A stretch of DNA of 24,301 nt from a virus (taxonomy: Duplodnaviria; Caudoviricetes): positions 1-24,301 of the IMG/VR virus record IMGVR_UViG_3300035135_001783; one strand, given 5' to 3'. Shown one piece after another: positions 17,156 through 24,301 of this stretch (position 1 is the first letter of the stretch; each line of letters opens with the position of its first letter). Made by a program: the position numbers and the translations under genes. The notes under the pieces are model-generated. The model did not search any database. It saw only the letters and a program-made list of their open reading frames with translations, and was not told the origin of the DNA.

Positions 17156-18339
17156 TGCCGCAGAACGTGGGCCAATTAGCAGAAGCCACACATTATAACG
17201 CAGTAGCAGAAGATGTCAACAAAGTCTTTGGTGACAAATATTCTACTGCGGCTGTAACAGATCCAAACAGAAAAGCAACTCATAAATTTGGATGGGGTGC
17301 AGTTAATGTTACTGATAATCTCAGTGTTGGCACACTTATCACAGCCGCTAGACTTCAAGATCTAGTAGAGCGTACTAATGTAAGTATTGATCACATCAAT
17401 ATCGCTGACAGCATACTTGTATTTGCTGTACCCACAGGAAGGGTTGATGTCACAGCAAATACTCCTATTAGAGCAGAAGATTTAAATCTAGTAGAAAACA
17501 AATTTCTTAATACAATATTAACCAATGATAATCATGCTACAGTTGATCCTACAAATGCTAGTGCATTAGCAGCAACTCCAACAAGCGGAGGTCCAATTAC
17601 TCGCACCACGCCATGGTTTAACAAACTTACAGCTGAATATCGTTGGGACTTCCAAGATTACAATCATGCAAGATATTTCTTCAACAGCGGAGGACAATTG
17701 CGTGTTAATCTAGCAATGAGCGGAGGCTGTACAGCTGGATACTATAACTGGGCCGATGTCATCAATGAAATGGGCACCCTTAGTTTTAAATGGAATGACG
17801 TTCAGCAAAGCAACAGTATTACAATTGGAACTAGTTTTAACAAAGGTTTTTACGATCTTACCGAATACTACGGTGATGGCGACGGCGGAACTGCTAACGA
17901 AGGACTATTATTTGAAAGCAGCGGCGTGACTTTAACAGGTTATGGATACGGATATGGTTACGGATACGGATATGGTTACGGATCTTCTAATCCATATGGA
18001 TTTATTACAGGCTCAGGCAATCATTCTGCTTATGCCTCTGTGTATGATCCAGCCTGTAACATTTACACCACCAATTACAGTACGTACAGTAGCTATCAAA
18101 ATTTGAAATTTAAACTATATGGCAAGTATAGTAATAATGGCGAAAAAGTACACTTTAAACTAGTTCTTGATGATAGTACATTTGATCAAACAATTGATGG
18201 AACTATTACTGCATCATTGAGCTATCTAATGCCTGACATTATTACACTAGGCGGAGCAACATTTGACGTAAGTCCTGATCCTACAGTTGCAGTAACAGAT
18301 GACTTCAACAGTACAGGTACTCCAGACACTGACCAATAA
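17155..18339 (+). CDS. Virion structural protein (394 aa) with Gly-Tyr repeat
   Basis: TAATG-coupled to the upstream gene. 'GWG....VG.LITA' and 'F...NHARYFFNSGG.LR' motifs resemble jumbo-phage tail-associated proteins. Last gene of the structural run. Confidence 0.6.
   Translation: MPQNVGQLAEATHYNAVAEDVNKVFGDKYSTAAVTDPNRKATHKFGWGAVNVTDNLSVGTLITAARLQDLVERTNVSIDHINIADSILVFAVPTGRVDVTANTPIRAEDLNLVENKFLNTILTNDNHATVDPTNASALAATPTSGGPITRTTPWFNKLTAEYRWDFQDYNHARYFFNSGGQLRVNLAMSGGCTAGYYNWADVINEMGTLSFKWNDVQQSNSITIGTSFNKGFYDLTEYYGDGDGGTANEGLLFESSGVTLTGYGYGYGYGYGYGYGSSNPYGFITGSGNHSAYASVYDPACNIYTTNYSTYSSYQNLKFKLYGKYSNNGEKVHFKLVLDDSTFDQTIDGTITASLSYLMPDIITLGGATFDVSPDPTVAVTDDFNSTGTPDTDQ
17938..17982 (+). repeat. 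Coding tandem repeat G(YG)7; 6-bp TAYGGW unit with 18-bp higher-order period
   Basis: ggt tatggatacggatatggt tacggatacggatatggt tacgga. Confidence 0.95.
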
Positions 18340-18344
18340 AACGG

Positions 18345-18374
18345 TTGACAAATCCTACATAAATAAGTTATAGT
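18345..18374 (+). promoter_or_regulatory. Sigma70-like promoter (TTGACA-N18-TATAGT) with nested late-like CATAAATA
   Basis: Perfect -35 TTGACA at 18345-18350, TATAGT at 18369-18374, CATAAATA at 18358-18365 and an additional TATAAT at 18379-18384, all in the only sizeable intergenic region (62 bp). Confidence 0.7.
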
Positions 18375-18387
18375 AGCATATAATTAT

Positions 18388-18393
18388 AGGAGA
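18388..18393 (+). promoter_or_regulatory. Shine-Dalgarno AGGAGA
   Basis: 8 nt upstream of ATG 18402. Confidence 0.8.
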
Positions 18394-18401
18394 AACTCAC
18401 C

Positions 18402-18749
18402 ATGGATGAGAGACTCGAGAAAGCACTCGAATTTGCGAACTATCGTGTAACATTATCTAATCAAAAAAGAAACGTCAGAACTCGTATGCAGATACTTCAA
18501 ACAGTACACTACGAGAAAGGAAGTTTTATAGCAAATGAATCTACAATTGGATTTATCAATGCATTGCTAACTGCTGGAAAAACAAAAAGTATTGTAGTAG
18601 ATACCAAAGACAATCCAATACAAATTGACGATCTTCAAGAATTTTTAGAAACACTAGTAGAAAGTTACACAGCGGCTACCAATGAATATAAAGTGCAAAT
18701 GGATAAAATTAATAAATCTAGAAGCATTAAAAAATTAATGGATTGGTAA
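18402..18749 (+). CDS. Hypothetical phage protein (115 aa), first gene of the modification operon
   Basis: Strong Shine-Dalgarno, own promoter and TAATG coupling to the next gene. Helical termini, no catalytic motif recognised. Confidence 0.75.
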   Translation: MDERLEKALEFANYRVTLSNQKRNVRTRMQILQTVHYEKGSFIANESTIGFINALLTAGKTKSIVVDTKDNPIQIDDLQEFLETLVESYTAATNEYKVQMDKINKSRSIKKLMDW

Positions 18750-19651
18750 TGACAGAATCTAACGGCGTTTGCATTATTGCTTACAACAATAACCAATTGG
18801 ACTATGTACAGTTTGCTCATTTGGCAGCGGCATATGTCAAAGCAAATATGCAAAATAACAATACAACATTGATTACAGATGATGGAACAATGCGCTGGAT
18901 TGAAAGCAGTGTTCCAGAAAAAATACAAGACGCATGTTTTGATAATATTGTAGTACATGACGTAGTTCATGAACAAAATCCTAGAAAGCATTTTGATAGC
19001 CCGTGGACTGAATTTAATGCGCAGTTCAGCAACAAAAACAAAAATGACATTTTTAATCTTAGTCCCTACGACAAAACACTTTTGATAGACAGTGACTATT
19101 TTGTAATGAATGATTTCTATGATTATGTATTCGATACAGATATTCCATTGGCTATGCATAGAAACGCAGTATACCTTGAAGGACAATTGCCGTATCTCAA
19201 TGAACAGACACTCAATGAAGGTGGTATACACCATTGGTGGAGTACAGTTGTATATTTTGACAAAAGTGAAGAAGCACAACTACTGTTTGATATTTGGGCG
19301 CATGTTAAAGAAAATTGGGAATACTACAGTCTATTGTACCAATTCCCTCCTGCACTGTTTAGGACAGACTTTTGTGTAAGCATTGCAGCTCATATGATGA
19401 ATGGGTTTACACAAGATAATTTTGTACATGATTTTTTAGGCGTGCCTTTGCAAAACATGGATCAAAAAGATGACATCATCGAAATCAAAGATATAAACGA
19501 TTGGATATTACTAAGTCATAATCGTAAAGAACCTTGGAAGAATATACTTACAAGATTTGAAAAACAAAACTTGCATATTATGAATAAACGAGCGTTAAGT
19601 CGTAAAGCAGAAAATATGTGGGATAAGTTAGGTGAGGTATTAGATGTCTAG
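18749..19651 (+). CDS. GT-A fold glycosyltransferase (GT8/mannosyltransferase-like), paralog 1
   Basis: 'GVCIIAY' first strand and 'LSPYDKTLLIDSD' DxD motif (19088-19096), plus 'STVVYFDKS' and 'FRTD'. Start placed at ATG 18749 (TAATG overlap) rather than TTG 18743. Confidence 0.75.
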   Translation: MTESNGVCIIAYNNNQLDYVQFAHLAAAYVKANMQNNNTTLITDDGTMRWIESSVPEKIQDACFDNIVVHDVVHEQNPRKHFDSPWTEFNAQFSNKNKNDIFNLSPYDKTLLIDSDYFVMNDFYDYVFDTDIPLAMHRNAVYLEGQLPYLNEQTLNEGGIHHWWSTVVYFDKSEEAQLLFDIWAHVKENWEYYSLLYQFPPALFRTDFCVSIAAHMMNGFTQDNFVHDFLGVPLQNMDQKDDIIEIKDINDWILLSHNRKEPWKNILTRFEKQNLHIMNKRALSRKAENMWDKLGEVLDV

Positions 19652-20522
19652 AGGATTTATTACACTGGGTATTGATACAGAACAAGATAGAGTTCAATAC
19701 AGCTATGCTATGGCATCAAGTATTAAACAATGCGACAGTTCAGCAGAAACCTGTTTGGTAGTTGATAAAGATAAAATGGATGACATACCTTCAAAATATT
19801 ATGATGCGTTTGATTACATTGTAGAGCTTCCATTTGGCAACAGTGCTCACAAAGATGGCTTTCATGGCATGAACATATGGCAACTTTATCATTGCACTCC
19901 TTTTGAAGAAACAATTTATTTAGACAGCGACACTTTAGTTAAGAACATTAACTTGGGTTTGTTGTGGGATGAACTTGGTTTACACGACATTGCTATGAGC
20001 AATATTAGTAGAACTTATCGAAATGACTTAACCAACAAAAGCAAGAAGTTTGAATTTGAGTATCAATATAACTTGCCAAAACTTTACAGTAACCTTATCT
20101 ATTTTAAGAGTAGTAGTGATCTAGCTCAGGAATGGTTTAAAATGGCAGACCCAGTTTTCCAAAACTGGAGAGATGTATATCAACATTTGTTTAAAGAAAA
20201 AAAGCCTGCAACATTCAGCAAAAGTATTCTTGCTAATTGCGTTACACATTTTTTAGACTGTGAGCAAAACATAAGTTGTAATCTTAATAATCTATATGAC
20301 TTGGATAACCATAGTCAAAACTTTTGGAATCTAGACATTCCTGAAAATTGGACTGATATGCTAAACTATTGGTTCACTGATACTCAGAAGATAATTATTG
20401 AGAACAGTGTTATTAGTAGTGGAATTATTCATTACAGCGACGAAAATTTTATGAACGAGGAAATGATAAGTGCTATCAGAAGTTCTATTAAAACCAGCAA
20501 TAGTAGAAAAGCCACAGCCTAA
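19644..20522 (+). CDS. GT-A fold glycosyltransferase (GT8/mannosyltransferase-like), paralog 2
   Basis: 'RGFITLG', 'AFDYIV' and 'TPFEETIYLDSD' DxD motif (19923-19931), colinear with paralog 1. GAGGT Shine-Dalgarno, 8-bp overlap. Confidence 0.72.
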   Translation: MSRGFITLGIDTEQDRVQYSYAMASSIKQCDSSAETCLVVDKDKMDDIPSKYYDAFDYIVELPFGNSAHKDGFHGMNIWQLYHCTPFEETIYLDSDTLVKNINLGLLWDELGLHDIAMSNISRTYRNDLTNKSKKFEFEYQYNLPKLYSNLIYFKSSSDLAQEWFKMADPVFQNWRDVYQHLFKEKKPATFSKSILANCVTHFLDCEQNISCNLNNLYDLDNHSQNFWNLDIPENWTDMLNYWFTDTQKIIIENSVISSGIIHYSDENFMNEEMISAIRSSIKTSNSRKATA

Positions 20523-21462
20523 GTTTTTTGTTTACTATGATGAGTGGTCTGGTGAAATTATACAGGTTGCCAATCGAGTAAAACCCAGCAAAGATCCTTA
20601 CATAGAAACAGTGGATATTGTTGCACAAGACTTGCTGATGGGGAAACTTAATCCTCACAAATTTATGGTAGCAGAGCTTGTAGACGGCATGACTCTAGTT
20701 GCTAAAAACAATGTGGTTCGTCTAAGACGAGCTGAAAATGTATTGAGTAAAATTCCTTATGTCAATGCAAACGCATCCAATGACATTAATATTGTTACAT
20801 ATACCAATGACTGGAAAATGGAAGTAAATCTCAGTCAAGACACAATCTATAAACTAACAGGTAGGCACAATCTAAGCAAGACAAATATTATTAACCCAGA
20901 GATGGGAAACGATTACAGTAGAATTGTTTTCTATGTGTGCAGAAAAGATGATCCTACTTTTTTAATTCAAACTATAGAAATAGATCCGTTGGATCTAATC
21001 AACGAAGGATACAAAATTTACGATCTTAGTCATTTGCATACAGTGTGTACACTAGCTGATATAAGTATACTAACAAAGAGAATTTTTAAAAGTTACGGAA
21101 TCAAACAAAAATCTTACTTTACTGGAAGTGAGTACACTCGTAGAAAAAGTCAAAGACGTACACATCACAAGATTGTGAATGGCGAATTAGAAAACGCAAC
21201 ATTTACGCTTAGTCCCAGTACACAAGGATGGATTATCAAAAGCAACTTTGAAAATCCAGCTGATCACAAGCTGTTTAGAAGTTTAACTCTTTTCTTTACA
21301 GATGGAGATCCTAATAGATTGTTAACTAAAATTAAAATACCGTATGAAAAATTAGGATGGAAACAGGAGTTTCTATTCCACACAAATGTAGAACTTAGAG
21401 ATAGTATGATCTTAACGCAAGATACAGCTAAAACATGGACCTTTAATATTGAGGAGATCTAA
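20470..21462 (+). CDS. Hypothetical protein (about 330 aa) with internal duplication
   Basis: Long ORF filling the gap between glycosyltransferase genes. GTG start with upstream GAGG (exact start uncertain), TAATG coupling to the next gene. Confidence 0.7.
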   Translation: MLSEVLLKPAIVEKPQPKFFVYYDEWSGEIIQVANRVKPSKDPYIETVDIVAQDLLMGKLNPHKFMVAELVDGMTLVAKNNVVRLRRAENVLSKIPYVNANASNDINIVTYTNDWKMEVNLSQDTIYKLTGRHNLSKTNIINPEMGNDYSRIVFYVCRKDDPTFLIQTIEIDPLDLINEGYKIYDLSHLHTVCTLADISILTKRIFKSYGIKQKSYFTGSEYTRRKSQRRTHHKIVNGELENATFTLSPSTQGWIIKSNFENPADHKLFRSLTLFFTDGDPNRLLTKIKIPYEKLGWKQEFLFHTNVELRDSMILTQDTAKTWTFNIEEI

Positions 21463-22448
21463 TGGCAAACCTAGTACCTATTAATGAATTTGACATTGTT
21501 TTCATCAGTTATGATGAACCTAATGCAGAAGAAAATTATCAAGACTTACTTGAAAAATGTCCGTGGGCTAAACGCAGTCACGGAGTATGGGGAAGCGATG
21601 CAGCACACAAAGCAGCGGCTGCACTCAGCGAAACTGATAGATTTATCACAGTAGATGCAGACAATATTGTTAGAGAAGATTTCTTCAATGTGGAAATTGA
21701 CATGGACCGTGTTAGAGAACGTGATGTTATTAGTTGGGCAGGAAAAAACACAATCAACGGATTAGTGTACGGTAACGGAGGTATCAAATGCTGGCCCGTA
21801 GATGTAGTAAATCAAATGCGTACACATGAAGCTGCTCCTGAAAATGACAAACGAGCACAAGTAGACTTTTGTTGGAACATTCATTATGTACAAATGAACA
21901 ATATCTATTGTGATGTTATGAACAACGGTAGTCCACTTCAAGCCTGGCGGGCAGGTTTCCGTGAAGGTGTAAAGATGGGACTTGAAGGCGGTGACGTTGT
22001 AGACCCAAGTAAACTAAAACAAATACACAGAGAAAATTACAAACGTCTAATGGTTTGGATGAGTGTAGGAGAAGATGTTGAAAACGGGTTATGGGCTATT
22101 TACGGTGCTAGGTTAGGATGTCACATGACCAATGTTACTCGCACTGACTGGGATTGGAAAAATGTTAGAGACTTTGATTGGCTCAGCAACTATTTTAACG
22201 AAGAACTTGCTCCACAGTTCAAAGGCAATGGTATTATTTGTCCACGTACAGGTATGGAATGGGATCCAGGTAAGCTGTGGAACAAAACTGTTGAACTAGG
22301 CGAAGATCTGCGTGGTAAGCTAGATTTAGAAATAGCTGATATGGGCAGAGACGGGAGTAGATTTTTTAAAACAGTTTATAAAAATCCTGCTAGATTAGGA
22401 CCAATGGTCAGAGAGACTGAAGTAACTGATTCACTCGAGGATAACTAA
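21462..22448 (+). CDS. GT-A fold (GT2-like) glycosyltransferase
   Basis: 'DIVFISYDEPNAEENY', 'G...AHKAAA', 'DRFITVDADN' DxD motif (21654-21662), 'YGNGGIK.W' and 'QAWRAGFREG.K'. GAGGAG Shine-Dalgarno. Confidence 0.7.
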   Translation: MANLVPINEFDIVFISYDEPNAEENYQDLLEKCPWAKRSHGVWGSDAAHKAAAALSETDRFITVDADNIVREDFFNVEIDMDRVRERDVISWAGKNTINGLVYGNGGIKCWPVDVVNQMRTHEAAPENDKRAQVDFCWNIHYVQMNNIYCDVMNNGSPLQAWRAGFREGVKMGLEGGDVVDPSKLKQIHRENYKRLMVWMSVGEDVENGLWAIYGARLGCHMTNVTRTDWDWKNVRDFDWLSNYFNEELAPQFKGNGIICPRTGMEWDPGKLWNKTVELGEDLRGKLDLEIADMGRDGSRFFKTVYKNPARLGPMVRETEVTDSLEDN

Positions 22449-23461
22449 TGGCACTAGGCCCACAAAATTTCTATAATATATTAGATCATCATCATGACGA
22501 AGCCAGAGACTGGGTTGTGGTCAATTGGAACTTGGGTAACATGTGCAACTTTAGTTGTAGCTATTGTCCTAGTATTCTCAATGATGGCAGTTTTGGCTGG
22601 AATGACTTTGAAGTTGTAAAGAAATTTATCGATAGCACAGTAACTCATTATGCTCCACGTAAAGTTTACTTTGAATTTACTGGAGGTGAAGTTACACTGT
22701 GGAAGGACTTTATTAAATGTGTAGAGTATATTAAAGACATAGGACATGACGTAGGCTTTATCAGCAATAGCAGCAGAACTATCAGATGGTGGGATAAAAA
22801 CAAAGAAAAATTTGATCATGTGTGTTTGAGCTTTCATCCAGAAGAAGGCAATGCAGACCATTTCATCGAAGTTGTGAAAATAATGAGTCAACAGTGCAGA
22901 ACCCATGTAAACATTATGATGCATTACAAGCCAGAAATATGGAGTAAATGTGTAGACGTTGCAGATCAAGTTATCAAGTTAAAAAATATTAGCTTGGCAC
23001 TACAGCCTCTTATCATTGACTTTGGGGAAACACTATACGAGTATACACAAGAACAACTAAATTTTATTGATCGTCAATGGCACGATTATGGAAGTAAAAT
23101 CGAACATGATAAAACTTGGAAACTGTATCGAGGCAGTATGGATATGTTGGATACAGTAAATGATCTAAAACAAAATAGCAGTGCTCATAGATTTATCAAT
23201 GACAAAACCAATGACTGGAGTGGCTGGGATTGCTGGGCAGGTATTGAACAAATAGTTGTTGACTTCGACGGAAGTATAATGCGAGGATGGTGTAGAGTTG
23301 GAGGTGCTTTTGGAAACATGAAAGATCCAGACAACATACACTGGCCCCAGTCTCCTATTAAATGTAACAAAAAAATGTGTCATTGTAATTTTGATATTAT
23401 GTGTAAAAAAGTTTTACCCGAACACAGATATGTTGTAGAGGAAGACGATCTAGATGCATGA
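22448..23461 (+). CDS. Radical SAM enzyme with C-terminal Twitch/SPASM-like Cys-rich domain
   Basis: CNFSCSYC (CxxxCxxC, 22544-22567), FTGGE motif, 'LSFHPE', C-terminal 'CWAG....VVDFDG.I...WC' and 'CNKKMCHC'. Confidence 0.93.
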   Translation: MALGPQNFYNILDHHHDEARDWVVVNWNLGNMCNFSCSYCPSILNDGSFGWNDFEVVKKFIDSTVTHYAPRKVYFEFTGGEVTLWKDFIKCVEYIKDIGHDVGFISNSSRTIRWWDKNKEKFDHVCLSFHPEEGNADHFIEVVKIMSQQCRTHVNIMMHYKPEIWSKCVDVADQVIKLKNISLALQPLIIDFGETLYEYTQEQLNFIDRQWHDYGSKIEHDKTWKLYRGSMDMLDTVNDLKQNSSAHRFINDKTNDWSGWDCWAGIEQIVVDFDGSIMRGWCRVGGAFGNMKDPDNIHWPQSPIKCNKKMCHCNFDIMCKKVLPEHRYVVEEDDLDA

Positions 23462-24200
23462 CAAAAATAAAAGTATCTGGATCCCACGTATTCCAAGAAC
23501 AGCTTCAACTTATGTAATAACCAAACTACGTCACGCTGCCGTAGAACAAAATTGGAAACTTTTAAAACACGATTGGGAGTTCAAAGTAGAAGAGCAGTTA
23601 ACAGATTATGATTGTATATACACAGGTCACAATTCTTTCTATTCAAGTAGAATAAAAAACTGGACCAAACTTTTACTGGTGCGTCATGATGTAGTTGGTA
23701 GATTCGTTAGTTGCTATAATTTTTCTAATCACTCACTTCATATACATCAGAAAGAAATGTTAGATTTAGATTCGTTTATAGATTTTCATTTAGATAGAAG
23801 TTCCAAGCACAGTCGCAATTTGATTCAAAAAAATGAAAGCTGCTGGTGTCCATATTCTGATACTGTGTCATACTTAGATTTTGTACAAGAAACAAATGAA
23901 CAGCCTAAGATAGAAAATGTGGTTGAATTGTTTGATAAAATATATTTTACTGAAAAAGTAGATCACTTACTAGAAGATTTAGACAGTGTCTATGGATACA
24001 ATTTAACTTCTCTGAGTGGGTGGGACGTTGACACAGTAAACAGAAAGAACAGCGGTTTTGATTTTGAATACATCAGCCCTGTACAAGTACATGAGTTAAC
24101 AAAGGATCAACTTGATAGGATAATGAATATAAATGCAGTGCAAAAAGAATATCAATTCTTAGAAACTTTATTGGATGGGGAAAATGATCAAGGCGTATGA
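23454..24200 (+). CDS. Putative PAPS-dependent sulfotransferase (Sulfotransfer_2-like)
   Basis: N-terminal 'RIPRTAST' (23487-23510) matches the HIPKTAGTS 5'-PSB loop. Also 'GH', 3'-PB-like 'VRHDVVGRFVSCY' (23679-23717) and 'FDKIYFTEK'. Motifs deviate slightly from consensus. Confidence 0.68.
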   Translation: MHDKNKSIWIPRIPRTASTYVITKLRHAAVEQNWKLLKHDWEFKVEEQLTDYDCIYTGHNSFYSSRIKNWTKLLLVRHDVVGRFVSCYNFSNHSLHIHQKEMLDLDSFIDFHLDRSSKHSRNLIQKNESCWCPYSDTVSYLDFVQETNEQPKIENVVELFDKIYFTEKVDHLLEDLDSVYGYNLTSLSGWDVDTVNRKNSGFDFEYISPVQVHELTKDQLDRIMNINAVQKEYQFLETLLDGENDQGV

Positions 24201-24301
24201 TGATACTTGGCAGTTTTATGTAAGGCAATTAGAGTTTACTTCTCGTCGAGGTGACTTTGTTCCTTACTTTGTAAATCGCAGTTTGTATGATTTTTTAAAT
24301 C
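24184..24301 (+). CDS. 3'-truncated hypothetical protein (MIKAYDDTWQFYVRQLEFTSRRGDF...)
   Basis: ATG 24184 overlaps the end of the sulfotransferase gene by 17 bp, has a G-rich Shine-Dalgarno-like stretch upstream and is open to the window end. Not in the supplied ORF track. Confidence 0.6.
   Translation, partial: MIKAYDDTWQFYVRQLEFTSRRGDFVPYFVNRSLYDFLN

Noticed and set aside
17926-17950. 'VTLTGYG' resembles the K+ channel selectivity filter TxGYG
   Set aside because: No flanking transmembrane helices. The GYG is simply the start of a G(YG)7 tract in a soluble structural protein.
18340-18401. Rho-independent terminator after the structural module
   Set aside because: No GC-rich inverted repeat with a U-tract in the gap.
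90-23383. Numerous short minus-strand and alternate-frame ORFs, including 18665-19279 (204 aa) and 22481-22969 (162 aa)
   Set aside because: All lie within strong + strand genes and have atypical composition with no recognisable motifs, consistent with antisense shadows.
1-24301. Stop-codon reassignment, as seen in some large phages
   Set aside because: The standard code already gives near-complete coding density. TAA, TGA and TAG all end genes exactly where the next gene begins.
22448-24301. Classical RiPP cluster around the radical SAM enzyme
   Set aside because: No short precursor ORF, RRE/PqqD domain, protease or transporter is visible in the window.
1-24301. CRISPR array, tRNA/ncRNA genes, DGR template repeat or IS elements
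   Set aside because: Intergenic gaps are at most 62 bp, and no spaced direct repeats, long nucleotide duplications, reverse transcriptase or transposase were seen.

Overview
AT-rich, densely coding, entirely + strand segment of a large myophage (jumbo-phage type) genome, with T4-style late promoters and gene order reminiscent of Rak2/GAP32-like jumbo phages (recognised by eye, no search run). Bases 1-18339 are a baseplate/tail module: a 5'-truncated probable hub protein, gp25-like and gp6-like wedge subunits, a 3732-aa multidomain virion protein, a probable baseplate/fibre-anchor protein, a short fibre-like protein with a C-terminal 'ADLAE' chaperone-like domain, and a virion protein with a G(YG)7 tract. 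From 18402 a tightly overlapping operon begins behind a composite sigma70/late-like promoter. It encodes a small hypothetical, two paralogous GT-A glycosyltransferases, an internally duplicated unknown, a third GT-A enzyme, a radical SAM enzyme with a Cys-rich C-terminus, a sulfotransferase-like protein and a truncated ORF. The leading hypothesis, which is inference, is a phage-encoded virion glycosylation/sulfation system. Candidate substrates lie just upstream: a nested, flagellin-IN-like Thr/Ser/Asn-rich stalk in the giant protein and the Gly-Tyr tract. No RNA genes, CRISPR arrays or mobile elements were seen.
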